DNA from: Minisyncoccia bacterium
Lineage (GTDB): Bacteria > Patescibacteriota > Minisyncoccia > UBA6257 > 2-01-FULL-56-20
Assembly: GCA_050008535.1 (NCBI GenBank)
Contig: JBEKML010000001.1
Location: 130,246 to 194,245, forward strand
Reading direction: 5' to 3'
DNA: 64,000 nt
Shown here: positions 8,873-19,630 of the stretch, one piece after another
Numbering within the stretch: the first letter of the stretch is position 1
Layout of the letters: every line of letters starts with the position of its first letter
The notes under the pieces: model-generated
What the model saw: only the letters and a program-made list of their open reading frames with translations
Databases searched by the model: none
What the model was told of the DNA's origin: nothing
Made by a program: the position numbers and the translations under genes

Positions 8873-10891
8873 TTATAAGAATGGTACGAGCAACAAGGCA
8901 ATAATGTTGATGATCTTGATGACCGGGTTGATCGCGGGACCGGCGGTATCTTTGTAAGGATCGCCGACCGTATCGCCCGTGACGGCCGCTTTGTGCGCTT
9001 CCGAACCCTTGCCGCCCAGATTTCCTTCCTCTATGTACTTTTTCGCATTGTCCCACGCCGCGCCGCCGGAGGTCATGGAAATCGCAACGAAGATACCGGT
9101 CACAATGGAGCCGACGAGCAGTCCGCCGAGTGCGAGCGGTCCCAACACGAACGCCACAAGGATCGGCAGGAGCACCGGCAGAAGCGCGGGCACGATCATT
9201 TCTTTGATCGCGGCCGAGGTTACGATGTCCACGCACTTCGCGTAATCCGGCTTCGCGGTGCCTGCCATGATGCCGGGGATCTCTTTGAATTGCCGGCGCA
9301 CTTCTTTGACGACGCTGCCTGCCGCCTTGCTCACCGCGCGCATGGAGATGGACGCAAAAAGATACGGGATCATGCCGCCGATCAAAAGTCCCACGATTAT
9401 TTTTGGGTTGCTCAGGTCAAACGAGATCGCACCGCCACCATGCTTGTTCTGCAAGTCCTGCACGTACGAAGAAAAGAGTACGACCGCGGCGAGTCCCGCC
9501 GAACCGATCGCATAACCCTTCGTGACGGCCTTCGTTGTGTTTCCTACTGCATCAAGCGCATCGGTCACTTTGCGCACATGGTCCGGAAGACCCGCCATTT
9601 CCGCGATACCGCCGGCATTATCGGTAATCGGACCGAACGCATCTATCGCGACTACGATCCCCGCCATAGAGAGCATGCTCATTGTGGCGAGCGCGATGCC
9701 ATAGAGGCCGCTCACTGAATACGCCGCAAGGATTCCCGCAACGATCACGACTACCGGCAACGCCGTTGATTCCATGCCGACTGAAAGCCCGGTGATAATG
9801 TTCGTGCCATGCCCCGTCGTTGACGATTCGGCGATTGACCGCACCGGCCGGAATTTCTTTGATGTGTAATATTCCGTGATCAAAACGGTGAGCGCGGTTA
9901 TCAATATCCCCACAAGCATCGGAAAGAAAAGTTGTGAGAAGGTCATGCTGCCGACCGCGGCACCGTTCGCGCCATTGGCCGCTGCCACGTAGCCGCTTGC
10001 CAAAAACCAAAATCCGACGAGCGAAAGAATGCTCGCGGCGATAAGTCCTTTATAGAGCGCGCCCATGATCGCTCCGCTTTTTCCAAGCCGGACAAAGAAT
10101 ATGCCGAGGACGGAACTAATGATGGAAATACCCCCAATCACAAGCGGTAAAAGCACTACGCTTTCTGACCCCGGGAACATCAGGCTCCCCAGGATCATCG
10201 CGGCAATCGCCGTCACGGCATATGTTTCGAAAAGGTCGGCTGCCATGCCGGCGCAATCGCCCACGTTGTCGCCCACGTTGTCCGCGATCACCGCCGGATT
10301 CCGCGGATCGTCTTCCGGAATGCCCGCTTCAACTTTCCCGACCAAGTCCGCTCCCACGTCCGCGCCTTTCGTGAAGATGCCGCCGCCCAAGCGCGCGAAG
10401 ACGGAGATCAAACTGCCGCCGAATCCCAATCCGATGAGCGCGCGTACGTCGTGCGTGATCGCGTAGAAACCGGAAACGGAAAGCAGCGCAAGGCCGACCA
10501 CGAGCAACCCCGTGACCGATCCGCCCTCAAATGCAATACTAAGCGCCCGCGCGAGTCCCGCCTTCGCCGCTTCCGCCGTTTTCACGTTCGCGCGCACCGA
10601 CATGTTCATGCCAATGTAGCCCGCCAGAGCCGATGCGAACGCGCCGATAACAAACCCCGCCATCGTAGTCCATCCCAAAAATACGCCGATAAGAATGGCC
10701 ACCACCACCGCAACCAAGGCGACCGTCTTATACTGCCGGTTCAAATAGGCCTTCGCGCCAATCTGGATCGCGCGCGCGATCTCCTGCATTTTTTGATCGC
10801 CCGCCGGCGCTTTGGAGATCTTTAAGATTAATACAAACGCGAACACAATGGCGACCACACTGCTTCCCAACGAAAATAAGATTGGCGACAT
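8873..10891 (-). CDS. hppA: Membrane-bound proton-translocating pyrophosphatase (H+-PPase)
   Basis: A 672-aa polytopic protein. It carries the conserved [19 protein letters not shown] and DNVGDNVGD motifs of V-type PPases. Confidence 0.95.
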   Translation of the reverse strand: MSPILFSLGSSVVAIVFAFVLILKISKAPAGDQKMQEIARAIQIGAKAYLNRQYKTVALVAVVVAILIGVFLGWTTMAGFVIGAFASALAGYIGMNMSVRANVKTAEAAKAGLARALSIAFEGGSVTGLLVVGLALLSVSGFYAITHDVRALIGLGFGGSLISVFARLGGGIFTKGADVGADLVGKVEAGIPEDDPRNPAVIADNVGDNVGDCAGMAADLFETYAVTAIAAMILGSLMFPGSESVVLLPLVIGGISIISSVLGIFFVRLGKSGAIMGALYKGLIAASILSLVGFWFLASGYVAAANGANGAAVGSMTFSQLFFPMLVGILITALTVLITEYYTSKKFRPVRSIAESSTTGHGTNIITGLSVGMESTALPVVVIVAGILAAYSVSGLYGIALATMSMLSMAGIVVAIDAFGPITDNAGGIAEMAGLPDHVRKVTDALDAVGNTTKAVTKGYAIGSAGLAAVVLFSSYVQDLQNKHGGGAISFDLSNPKIIVGLLIGGMIPYLFASISMRAVSKAAGSVVKEVRRQFKEIPGIMAGTAKPDYAKCVDIVTSAAIKEMIVPALLPVLLPILVAFVLGPLALGGLLVGSIVTGIFVAISMTSGGAAWDNAKKYIEEGNLGGKGSEAHKAAVTGDTVGDPYKDTAGPAINPVIKIINIIALLLVPFL

Positions 10892-10911
10892 GTTTTTATT
10901 TTATATTATTT

Positions 10912-12177
10912 TTACGTGATGATGTCTTCCTTTTCGTCGTCCGTTTCCGGCACCGCGATCTGATCTGATTCCGGCGCGCCCGCAGTACCGCCCTCCTGCG
11001 TTTCCTCCGGCCGCGTCTGCGAACGCACGTCAATCTTCCAGCCCGTGAGCTTCGCCGCAAGCCGCACGTTCTGTCCGCCCTTGCCGATCGCCAGGCTCAA
11101 CTGGTTTTCCGGAACGTACGCGCGCGCTTCGCGCCGCGGGAGGATATCCACCTTCTCCACCTTCGCCGGCGAGAGCGCGTTCGCAATGAATTTCTCGGGG
11201 TCTTCCGACCACTCCGCGATGTCGATTTTTTCGTTGCCCAGCTCATTATTCACCGCCATTACGCGGGTTCCCCGCTGTCCCACAAGCGCACCTACGGGGT
11301 CAACGCCTTCTTGTTTTGATGCGACCGCCACCTTCGTCCGGTTCCCCGGCTCGCGCGCAATAGCTTGTATCTCGATCGCTCCCTCCGCAAGTTCCGGCAC
11401 TTCCATGCGGAAAAGTTCTATGACGAATTTAGGATGCGAGCGCGAAAGGATGATCCCCGGAAGCCGCGTGTCCTCCTGGACCGCAAGCACCAAGAATCGC
11501 AGCCGCTCACCCGCACGGTAATGCTCTCCCGGAATAGATTCGTTCGCGAACATCACGCCAATCGTCCTTCCAAGATCAATAAACACATTCCCCCGTTCGA
11601 ATCGCTGCACCAGACCGCTCACGATCTGTCCCTCTTTGTCGCGCCACTCATTCAAGATGGAATCGCGCTCCGATTCGCGGAGTTTTTGCAAAATAACCTG
11701 TTTCGCCGTCTGCGCCGCGATCCTTCCAAAATCATCATGCATTTCAAGCGGAAAGGTAATTTCCTCGCCAAGCGCCGCGTCCTTTTTTACTTTTTTCGCA
11801 TCTTCAAGCGTAATGTGCCGTTCAGGATTGAACCGCGGAAGTTTCTCTTCTTCCTCGGCAATCACCGCTTCTTGTTCCCTTTTCCCTCTTTTTTTGGCCT
11901 CACCCTTTTTCTCTTCCTTCTCCCTTTCCTCTGCTTCTTCCATATCAGAAACAAAACGCACCGTCGTTTCATCAACCACCATTTTTACCTGCCAAAACTT
12001 CAGTTCGCCGGTTGCCTGGTCAAGCTCGCACTTCACCACTTCCCCGCGCTGGCCATACTCTCTCTTGTATGCGGCGGCTATCGATGACTCAATGACCTCA
12101 AGTACCTTCCCGGGTTCCAGGCCTTTTTCTTCTGCAACCTGTTTCAATGCCTTTGATAATTCCTTTATGTTGAGCAT
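10912..12177 (-). CDS. nusA: Transcription termination/antitermination factor NusA (with an acidic/basic low-complexity insertion)
   Basis: N-terminal NusA domain, S1 domain and two KH domains. A Lys/Glu-rich insert (EEREKEEKKGEAKKRGKREQE) is present. Confidence 0.9.
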   Translation of the reverse strand: MLNIKELSKALKQVAEEKGLEPGKVLEVIESSIAAAYKREYGQRGEVVKCELDQATGELKFWQVKMVVDETTVRFVSDMEEAEEREKEEKKGEAKKRGKREQEAVIAEEEEKLPRFNPERHITLEDAKKVKKDAALGEEITFPLEMHDDFGRIAAQTAKQVILQKLRESERDSILNEWRDKEGQIVSGLVQRFERGNVFIDLGRTIGVMFANESIPGEHYRAGERLRFLVLAVQEDTRLPGIILSRSHPKFVIELFRMEVPELAEGAIEIQAIAREPGNRTKVAVASKQEGVDPVGALVGQRGTRVMAVNNELGNEKIDIAEWSEDPEKFIANALSPAKVEKVDILPRREARAYVPENQLSLAIGKGGQNVRLAAKLTGWKIDVRSQTRPEETQEGGTAGAPESDQIAVPETDDEKEDIIT

Positions 12178-12212
12178 ATTAAGTTTTTTTGATTGTCCCC
12201 CCCCGTTTCTTT

Positions 12213-12237
12213 AAAAAAGTCCGCTCACGAGCGGACC
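12213..12237 (-). terminator. Rho-independent terminator downstream of yraN (minus strand)
   Basis: The gtccgctcacgagcggac hairpin at 12219-12236 is followed on the minus strand by a 6-nt T-run. Confidence 0.6.
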
Positions 12238-12277
12238 AGCACTACAAAAGGATAATATCGCGATTCCCGGGAATTTG

Positions 12278-12664
12278 TCAAATGTTCTCGTAGTGCCGAA
12301 TATCAGACGCCTTGCCGTCGGCTCCGATATCAACCGCCAAAAGATCGATTCGCCATCCTTTTTCTTCGTCAACGATCTCTGGATGCTGCCGCGCAAAAAA
12401 TTCGCATGTTCTGCTTATCTTTCTTAGTTTTGCCCCAGTCAAATTATCTTCTGGCATCAATCTTGCAAAACTAGCTATCCCCCCTCCTGTCGTAAAAGAT
12501 TTAACCTCGCAAAATACCAGAGTTCCGTCGTCAGATCTAGCAATAATATCAATCTCATCCGACTTTCTCCTATAATTTCTTTCAAAAACCCTCCATCCTC
12601 TTTTAATAAGATATTCATAAGCAATATCCTCGCCTAATTTCCCGATTTTTATCCTATTTTCCAT
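12278..12664 (-). CDS. yraN: YraN/UPF0102 family endonuclease
   Basis: A 128-aa protein with the typical YraN N-terminus GEDIAYEYLIKRGWRVFERNYR and a restriction-endonuclease-like fold signature. Confidence 0.8.
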   Translation of the reverse strand: MENRIKIGKLGEDIAYEYLIKRGWRVFERNYRRKSDEIDIIARSDDGTLVFCEVKSFTTGGGIASFARLMPEDNLTGAKLRKISRTCEFFARQHPEIVDEEKGWRIDLLAVDIGADGKASDIRHYENI

Positions 12665-12679
12665 AAAAACTATTTTAAA

Positions 12680-12797
12680 TGTGTTTAGCGTAAAACATAT
12701 TTAAAAATCAAATTTATGGCAATTTTTATGAAAATCATCATTTTTCTATTTTAATTGTGTTTAGCGTAAAACACTTTGTAAAACAATTTTGTTTTAC
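12680..12797. repeat. Operator-like repeat set: 18-nt direct repeat tgtgtttagcgtaaaaca (12680-12697 and 12756-12773) plus an inverted repeat gtaaaaca-attt-tgttttac (12778-12797)
   Basis: Read directly. The 8-mer GTAAAACA occurs four times (three direct, one inverted) in an AT-rich divergent intergenic region. Confidence 0.6.
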
Positions 12798-12810
12798 AGC
12801 AGCAAAATCA

Positions 12811-12960
12811 AGCTTATCGGGTTTTGCCGGATTCAATCAATTAATCCGGCAATGCGGCAAAAAGTGAGGTAATCCGGCAAAATTTAATGAAAATTTAATA
12901 ATTGCCGGATTATGCTTGCCGGAAAGGAATTTCGATAACTTTTAAGGATTTCCACAGGCC
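12811..12960. repeat. Cluster of ccggcaa / ttgccgg direct and inverted motifs upstream of the dksA/traR-like gene
   Basis: atccggcaa occurs three times and ttgccgga three times within 150 nt. Confidence 0.45.
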
Positions 12961-13023
12961 ATCCACAATTTCGTGGTACCGGCCACATAGAGTCCGCCAG
13001 GCGGTCTGCTAAAATGTACTCCT

Positions 13024-13356
13024 ATGGACACCAAACAACTTGATGAGTACAAACGGAAGCTTGAGAGGGAACGAACCCTCCTTCTCAATGAGATCAAACA
13101 AAACGAGAAGCCGGTCAATTTTGGGAGCGACACCGTCCGCCTCGACGAAGAAACCGACGAGACAGAAGAAATCGGCAATCAACTGGCGATTGTCCACGAT
13201 CTTAAAAACAGATTAGAAGAAATCAATGCCGCACTGGGGAAAATCCAATCAGGTGGGTATGGCATCTGTGAGCAATGCGGCAAAGCTATTGAAGCAACGG
13301 TTCTTGATATTGATCCGGAATCCCGTTTCTGCAAGCATTGCAAATCAAAGAAGTAA
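13024..13356 (+). CDS. DksA/TraR-family C4-type zinc-finger transcription factor
   Basis: C-terminal CEQCGKAIEATVLDIDPESRFCKHCK four-cysteine finger preceded by a coiled-coil. Confidence 0.75.
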   Translation: MDTKQLDEYKRKLERERTLLLNEIKQNEKPVNFGSDTVRLDEETDETEEIGNQLAIVHDLKNRLEEINAALGKIQSGGYGICEQCGKAIEATVLDIDPESRFCKHCKSKK

Positions 13357-13408
13357 GCACAAGAAATCTTTTAGAACTTTTTAATCGGCGGAATGGTATT
13401 GATGGAGG

Positions 13409-14941
13409 GTGACCATCAAGAACCTTTCCAAAGTTCATTCTGCCGAACTTGAAGGTGTTGACGCAAAACTCATAGAGGTGGAGGTTGATATAAATGTCGG
13501 CCTTCATTCTTTCACTATTGTCGGCCTCGCTGATAGAGCGTTGAATGAAGCGAGGGAAAGAGTAAATTCCGCATTGAAGAATTCCGGGGCAAAGCCGCCG
13601 AATCGGGAAAACAGAAGAATAACCATCAACCTTGCTCCAGCTGATGTTAAAAAGGCTGGATCGCATTATGATCTTGCGATCGCGCTCGGCTATCTCCTCG
13701 CCACAAAACAGATCAAGACATTTGAAACTGCCGATAAAATTTTTGTCGGCGAACTTGCGCTTGATGGGAGATTGCGACCGGTGAATGGCGCGCTCAATAT
13801 CGCACAGATGGCAAGCAATTTGGGCCTTAAATATTTCTTCTTGCCGAAACAAAACGCAAATGAGGCGGCGGCGATCCGGGGGATAAAAATAGTTCCACTC
13901 AAGAATCTCGGTGATGCAATCGCCATCTTGGAAGAAAGAGGGGATGCCGAAGTAATAAAATCACCGAACCCCGTCGCCGAAAAAAAGAGCGTCTTCCCCG
14001 ATTTTTCAGAAATTGTCGGCCAGGAAAACGCAAAGCGTGCGCTTACTATCGCAGCCGCTGGTAGCCACAACGTCCTTATGATCGGTCCGCCCGGGGTGGG
14101 AAAAAGCATGCTTGCAAGGGCGTTTGCGGGAATATTGCCGAATCTTACGATCCCCGAAGCCATAGAGATCACGAAAATTTGGAGTGCTGCTGGATTGAGC
14201 CCTGGACGGCTTGTAGAGCAACGCCCGTTCCGCATGCCGCACCAGACCGCATCCATCACTGCGCTTATGGGCGGCGGCCAGGATCCAAAACCAGGCGAGA
14301 TAAGCCTTGCACATCGGGGCGTGCTTTTTCTCGATGAACTGCCGGAATTCCAAAGAAACGCGCTTGAGGCGCTCCGTGAACCGATGGAGTCGGGGATAAT
14401 CCGCATCGCACGAGCAAAACAAAGCATCGCATTCCCTGCAAGATTCACGCTTATCGCCGCAATGAACCCTTGCCCATGCGGTTATTATGGCGACGTGGAA
14501 AAGGAGTGCAGATGCAGCGCCTATGAAGTCATAAAATATCAAAAAAGAATATCGGGGCCGCTTCTGGATCGCATTGACCTCCAGATAAAAGTAGGCCGCG
14601 TGAAGATCTGCGAACTACGAAAAGGGGATTCGCGCGAGGCAGCGAGCCGGGATATCAAACGCCCAGTTGAATCGGCGAGAAGTCTCCAAATGGAACGATT
14701 CAAGCGTCTGAATATTGTGACGAATGCGGAGATGAGCTCCCACGAGGCGCAATCAATGGCACGCCTTCTGCCGGACGCGGAAAAATTTCTGGAAACTTTT
14801 GACAGGAGCCGCATCTCGCCGCGCAGCTATTATCGCATTCTTAAGGTCGCACGCACCATCGCCGATCTTGAAGCTTGTACGTGCGTATCCGCCGAACACC
14901 TCGCCGAGGCCTTCAGCTACCGCCTGCGGGAGGAGGTCTAA
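13409..14941 (+). CDS. comM: YifB/ComM family Mg-chelatase-like AAA+ ATPase
   Basis: N-terminal Lon-like domain and an AAA+ module with Walker A GPPGVGKS. Length is 510 aa. Confidence 0.9.
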   Translation: MTIKNLSKVHSAELEGVDAKLIEVEVDINVGLHSFTIVGLADRALNEARERVNSALKNSGAKPPNRENRRITINLAPADVKKAGSHYDLAIALGYLLATKQIKTFETADKIFVGELALDGRLRPVNGALNIAQMASNLGLKYFFLPKQNANEAAAIRGIKIVPLKNLGDAIAILEERGDAEVIKSPNPVAEKKSVFPDFSEIVGQENAKRALTIAAAGSHNVLMIGPPGVGKSMLARAFAGILPNLTIPEAIEITKIWSAAGLSPGRLVEQRPFRMPHQTASITALMGGGQDPKPGEISLAHRGVLFLDELPEFQRNALEALREPMESGIIRIARAKQSIAFPARFTLIAAMNPCPCGYYGDVEKECRCSAYEVIKYQKRISGPLLDRIDLQIKVGRVKICELRKGDSREAASRDIKRPVESARSLQMERFKRLNIVTNAEMSSHEAQSMARLLPDAEKFLETFDRSRISPRSYYRILKVARTIADLEACTCVSAEHLAEAFSYRLREEV

Positions 14942-14966
14942 TGTTTTATTGATATAATGAATAGCA

Positions 14967-16586
14967 ATGATCACGAGGGCCCTCAAGAAGATCGAAGGTG
15001 TCACTGCGCCGCTTTGGCAGTGGGGCGCGGGATTCGTGGGCATCCTTTTCGTCAGATTCTTTCTTGAAAACTTTTCAAATCCGGTACTGAGCTTTCCCGG
15101 CATCCCCGATGCGGCGACGCTTGTCCACTACTTCCTTTTCTATTTCGGCGTTTTTATTTCCTCCTCGCTTATTTTGTGCATCTTCGTTCCCAATATCACA
15201 AAGGTTACGAAGTTCCTCTTTTTTGGATTCCCCATCCTTTGGCTCCCCCCCATCGTTGACCTTATTGTTTCGCATGGCGGGGGATACCGCATGGCTTATG
15301 TGTTCCCCACGAACATTATTTCGTTTTTCGCTACCGCACTTTGGTCGCCCACCATCTCTCCCCTCGGCGGCGTCACCCCCGGCATTCACGCGGAACTCGT
15401 CGTCATTATTATTGGCATCCTGGGATATGTTTTCATTAAAACGCGGAGTGTCGGAAAATCGGTGGGTGCGACCGTTCTTATTTATTGCGCGTGGGTTTTT
15501 TGGATAGCATTTCCCGCCTTCCTTGGAAAGATCGCCGGCGTCCCCTCGTTCGCCCTTCTTATATCGGCATTTTCCTCGCCCCGCCTGCTGCAGAATCTGA
15601 TCCAGCCGAATCTCCTGCCCTCCTACGCGCACGCAGCCGAGGTGGTATTCAATGGGGGAATATCGGTCATTTTTTATGTTTTAGATTTTCTCCTTATGGT
15701 CGTCTGGGCGATTCTCTATAACGTGAAATTTGCGCGGGCGATCGCAAAGAATCTTCGGTTTACCCGTCTTGTTTATTATGTGAGCCTGGTTGTGATCGGG
15801 GCCCTCGTCGCCGTCCGGATGTTCCCGCCGCAATCGCCCACAAGCTGGATTGATATTTTCCTTTTTGCCTCTCTCGTCATAAGCTATTTCTGCGCATGGG
15901 CTTTTGCCGTCGGGATAAACGACCTTGCAGACATAAAAATTGACGCGGCGAGCAATCCAGATCGGCCGCTTCCTTCCGGTGCCGCTACTGCATCCGATTT
16001 CGGGAACGCCAATTCATTCTTTCTTGTTTGGCTGCTTGTTGGCGGATTTATCTGCGGCTATTGGACATTCTTCACTGTTCTTGTTTTTACCGCGGCGTAC
16101 TATATTTATTCTGCTCCGCCCTTGCGGATGAAGCGCGTTCCGATTCTTCCGTCTTTTCTCATATCGCTCGCGAGCTTGTCGGCGTTCACGGCGGGATTTT
16201 ATTTCATTGACACGAACAAATTTGTCTTTGATCTTCCGATGCGTCTCGCTGCGCTTATCGTTGTTCACATCACACTCGCGGCAAATCTCAAGGACATCAA
16301 GGATATTGCGGGCGACCGCGCGGACGGCATATGGACCATCCCCGTACTTTTTGGGAAAGAGAAGGGGAAGCAAATCGTGGGGGCCATGTTTGCGGTGGCA
16401 TTCCTTGCCGTGCCCACAATACTTCACAGCTGGACATTGTTCCTCCCGTCGCTTATGGCGGCGATACTGGGCTATATATTCACCGTCATGAAAAATTACC
16501 GCGAGGGGAGGGTCTTCGCCCTCTATTTCGCCTATGTTGGCGTGGCGGGGATACTTCTGTGGATGCTGCCTGTCGCCCAGTGGTAG
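14967..16586 (+). CDS. UbiA-family prenyltransferase fused to an N-terminal ~260-aa polytopic membrane domain
   Basis: The C-terminal half carries both Asp-rich UbiA motifs (NDLADIKIDAASNPDRP and DIKDIAGDRADG). The N-terminal half is an unrelated multi-TM region. Confidence 0.65.
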   Translation: MITRALKKIEGVTAPLWQWGAGFVGILFVRFFLENFSNPVLSFPGIPDAATLVHYFLFYFGVFISSSLILCIFVPNITKVTKFLFFGFPILWLPPIVDLIVSHGGGYRMAYVFPTNIISFFATALWSPTISPLGGVTPGIHAELVVIIIGILGYVFIKTRSVGKSVGATVLIYCAWVFWIAFPAFLGKIAGVPSFALLISAFSSPRLLQNLIQPNLLPSYAHAAEVVFNGGISVIFYVLDFLLMVVWAILYNVKFARAIAKNLRFTRLVYYVSLVVIGALVAVRMFPPQSPTSWIDIFLFASLVISYFCAWAFAVGINDLADIKIDAASNPDRPLPSGAATASDFGNANSFFLVWLLVGGFICGYWTFFTVLVFTAAYYIYSAPPLRMKRVPILPSFLISLASLSAFTAGFYFIDTNKFVFDLPMRLAALIVVHITLAANLKDIKDIAGDRADGIWTIPVLFGKEKGKQIVGAMFAVAFLAVPTILHSWTLFLPSLMAAILGYIFTVMKNYREGRVFALYFAYVGVAGILLWMLPVAQW

Positions 16587-16614
16587 CCTCTCTAAATTAG
16601 CTAGCCCGCACGGC

Positions 16615-17718
16615 CTATCCTTTCACAAAAGGATTCTGTGCGCCGTATACCTCGAAATGCACGTGGCATCCGGTTGCATCTCCGGTCTCGCCCATAAGTC
16701 CGACGGTCTGCCCCTGCTTCACATAATCGCCGATTTGCACGAAAACTTTTTCGAGGTGGGCGTAACGGGTGCGCACGCTGTCGCCGAAGGGATGCTCTAT
16801 AAGCACAAAGTTCCCATAGCCCTCGTTCCAACCGTCAACGGCATAAGGGACGTCTTCGTCGGGGATCACAAGCCCTTCCGCCGCGGCGACCACCGGCGTA
16901 CCGCAGGAATTCGCAATGTCAACGGCATTATAGTGATGAAGGATCCCCCAATCGTAACCGTTCGTGGGCATAACAAACTCGCTATCATAATTCGGCAATG
17001 CCGCTGCGCTCGCAAGGATATTGGCGCTTTTCCCTCCGGGAATGATAACGGACATTCCCGGGTCAAGTGAAGCAAAATTCACCGAATGATTGAATTGAAG
17101 CACCCTGTCCTCGGAAACTCCGAAGTCATTGGCGATGGACGCGAGGGTGTCGCCGCTCCGCGCTTGATAGACCACGCCGGAGGTCGGCAGTATATTCAGC
17201 TCCTGGCCTGTTTTCAAAAGGTTCGCCCTCACACCGGGATTGGCGCTTACAATAGTATCGACTGAAATCCCAAAATAGGCCGCAATTTTCGAAAGATTAT
17301 CTCCTTTCCGAACTTGGTACGAAATGACGCCCGAACGATCGAAGGCAGGACCGACCGGCACGCCGGAATCTTTTATTGTAGCGTTGTCGGATGAATCGGC
17401 GTCCGCAAAGACGGCATTGGGATACTCCGCGCTCGCGCCGCTAACGACCGATCCGGCAGTTGCCCCTCCGACGCTGGCGCCGAGTACCGCCGATTGACCG
17501 GACTCCGCTCCTTCGGCGCTAGAGATAAGAGGGGAAGGGCCGGGTCCCCCAAGAATCCCCCTTTCCTCAATGAGAGCCGTTTTCTTTGATAAAACTAAAC
17601 CGGCCGAAACAAGACAGCCTATAACCAAAAAAACGGCCAGTGTTAATGGCTTATTCTTCCTATATAATTGTCTTACTATCGTACCAATAGAAATAAGCAT
17701 AGCACGTATGTCATCCAC
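16615..17718 (-). CDS. Membrane-anchored LysM-domain M23 family metallopeptidase
   Basis: Two LysM repeats and a C-terminal M23 domain with HxH (GCHVHFEVY). Confidence 0.8.
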   Translation of the reverse strand: MDDIRAMLISIGTIVRQLYRKNKPLTLAVFLVIGCLVSAGLVLSKKTALIEERGILGGPGPSPLISSAEGAESGQSAVLGASVGGATAGSVVSGASAEYPNAVFADADSSDNATIKDSGVPVGPAFDRSGVISYQVRKGDNLSKIAAYFGISVDTIVSANPGVRANLLKTGQELNILPTSGVVYQARSGDTLASIANDFGVSEDRVLQFNHSVNFASLDPGMSVIIPGGKSANILASAAALPNYDSEFVMPTNGYDWGILHHYNAVDIANSCGTPVVAAAEGLVIPDEDVPYAVDGWNEGYGNFVLIEHPFGDSVRTRYAHLEKVFVQIGDYVKQGQTVGLMGETGDATGCHVHFEVYGAQNPFVKG

Positions 17719-19630
17719 ACATCAAGCAGAAGGAGAAAAAAGCCGGAAAAACAAGGTTTTTCAACTAAATCCGGCCCAAAAGTCGGCGGCGGAAGCACCT
17801 GTTTCGCCTTTATTAATAGTGGCCGGCGCGGGGACCGGGAAAACAAGGACTCTCACGAGCCGGATGGTTTACCTGATAGATGGGGGAACGCCCCCTGAAA
17901 AAATATGCGCCATAACCTTCACCAACAAGGCCGCCCAAGAGATGAGGAACCGGATAAGCCGCGAGGAACCCTTTATTGGCACTTTCCACTCGCTCGGCGC
18001 AAGGATCTTGCGGGGCGAGTGCCGCAGGCTCGGGCGGACGCCGAACTTCGTGATATTCGACGATCACGATTCTTTTGATCTCATAAAAAAGATCGTCAAA
18101 AAATCTTTGGTGAACGATAAAAACAAAAAAAATACTCCTGCATTTTTCGCGCGACAGATATCAAAAATAAAAAATATTGATAGCGCGCTTGATGGCCTTA
18201 AGGAACCGCCGGAGCGGGCAGCGCTCATCCGGGATGTTTTTCACGAGTACGAAGCGGCGCTTGCGAGAAATAACGCATTTGATTTTGATGACCTCATTGA
18301 GAAGCCAGTTGCGCTTTTCGGGCAGCATCCCGAAGTCCTTGAAAAATATCGCGCAAAGTTCGATGCGCTCCTCGTTGACGAATATCAGGATATTAATCCA
18401 AAACAATACGAATTCGTAAAGCTTCTCGCCGGAGGGCACAACAATTTGAGCGTGGTGGGAGACGACGAACAAACTATTTATAGCTGGCGCTATGCCGACA
18501 TAAGAACCTTTCTTGATTTTGACAAGGACTGGCCCGGCGCGAAAATTCATTTCCTTGAAGAAAATTATCGCTCGACGGCCACTATTATCCGCGCGGCCGC
18601 GGCGGTCGCGGAGAACAACCGTTATCGCACACCGAAAAAACTGTGGACGCAAAAACCCGAAGGGGAACGCATCGTTCTTTTTGAAGCATGGGGCGAGAAC
18701 GAAGAAGCGGCGTGGATCGCGGAGGAAGCTAAAAAAATAAAGAGGGGAGAGGAACGCGCGGAGGTGGCGATCCTCTACCGCACGAATGCGCAGTCGCGCG
18801 CGATAGAACAGGCGCTCATTCGCCACGACCTCGCCTATCAGATCTTCGGTGGATTGAAATTTTACGAACGGCGCGAGGTGAAGGATGTGGTCGCCGCACT
18901 GCGCTCCGCCGCGAACGATCGCGACGAAATAGCGCGCGAACGACTGGAAAAAAACCTTTCAAAAAGGAAGTTTGCCGAATTCAAGCGGAAGATTGGCGCG
19001 GTAAAACATCCGAAGCCGCACGAGATCATCAAGATTTTCCTTGAGATCTTCGGCTACTTCGACTATCTGGAGGAAAATTTCGTGAACGCCGACGAGCGCG
19101 AAGAAAACATCGGAGAGCTCATTGTTTTTGCCTCCGGATTCGAGGATTTGCCCGAATTGCTTGAGAAAATAAGCCTTTTGCAGGCAGCCGACGATGAAAC
19201 AAACGGGCAAAAGGGAGGGAGAAGGGGAGGCGACCGCGACGGAGAAAGAAAAAATAAAATAAATTTGATGACCATCCATCTCGCAAAGGGACTTGAATTT
19301 GAAAACGTGTTCATTGCGGGCGCCGCCGAAGGGCTCCTCCCGCACATCCGCTCGATCGACGACGAGCGTTCCCTTGAAGAAGAACGGCGGTTGATGTATG
19401 TTGCGATGACCCGCGCAAAGAAAAAATTATATATTGGTTTCTATGGAATGCCGTCGCGGTTCATCGCGGAGATACCGGAGGAGTGCATCACGCTCGCGCC
19501 AACCGAGGGGATGGGCGGCCTCGCGGGGGGAATGAGCGGCGATGAAATGAACGGCAACGGAACGGATGATGACGCGGAGGGTGCAGGCAAGAATACCGAT
19601 GGCGAAGAAAAAATAATTGAAATTGACTGA
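17708..19630 (+). CDS. pcrA: UvrD/PcrA/Rep-family superfamily-1 DNA helicase
   Basis: Walker A AGAGTGKT, DEYQD motif and helicase motifs III-VI. A Gly/Arg-rich insert is present near the C-terminus. The start is placed at the internal ATG (MSSTHQ). Confidence 0.85.
   Translation: MSSTHQAEGEKSRKNKVFQLNPAQKSAAEAPVSPLLIVAGAGTGKTRTLTSRMVYLIDGGTPPEKICAITFTNKAAQEMRNRISREEPFIGTFHSLGARILRGECRRLGRTPNFVIFDDHDSFDLIKKIVKKSLVNDKNKKNTPAFFARQISKIKNIDSALDGLKEPPERAALIRDVFHEYEAALARNNAFDFDDLIEKPVALFGQHPEVLEKYRAKFDALLVDEYQDINPKQYEFVKLLAGGHNNLSVVGDDEQTIYSWRYADIRTFLDFDKDWPGAKIHFLEENYRSTATIIRAAAAVAENNRYRTPKKLWTQKPEGERIVLFEAWGENEEAAWIAEEAKKIKRGEERAEVAILYRTNAQSRAIEQALIRHDLAYQIFGGLKFYERREVKDVVAALRSAANDRDEIARERLEKNLSKRKFAEFKRKIGAVKHPKPHEIIKIFLEIFGYFDYLEENFVNADEREENIGELIVFASGFEDLPELLEKISLLQAADDETNGQKGGRRGGDRDGERKNKINLMTIHLAKGLEFENVFIAGAAEGLLPHIRSIDDERSLEEERRLMYVAMTRAKKKLYIGFYGMPSRFIAEIPEECITLAPTEGMGGLAGGMSGDEMNGNGTDDDAEGAGKNTDGEEKIIEID

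Noticed and set aside
12665-13023. CRISPR array
   Set aside because: There are only two copies of the 18-nt repeat with a 76-nt spacing and no cas genes. An operator-like regulatory region explains this better.
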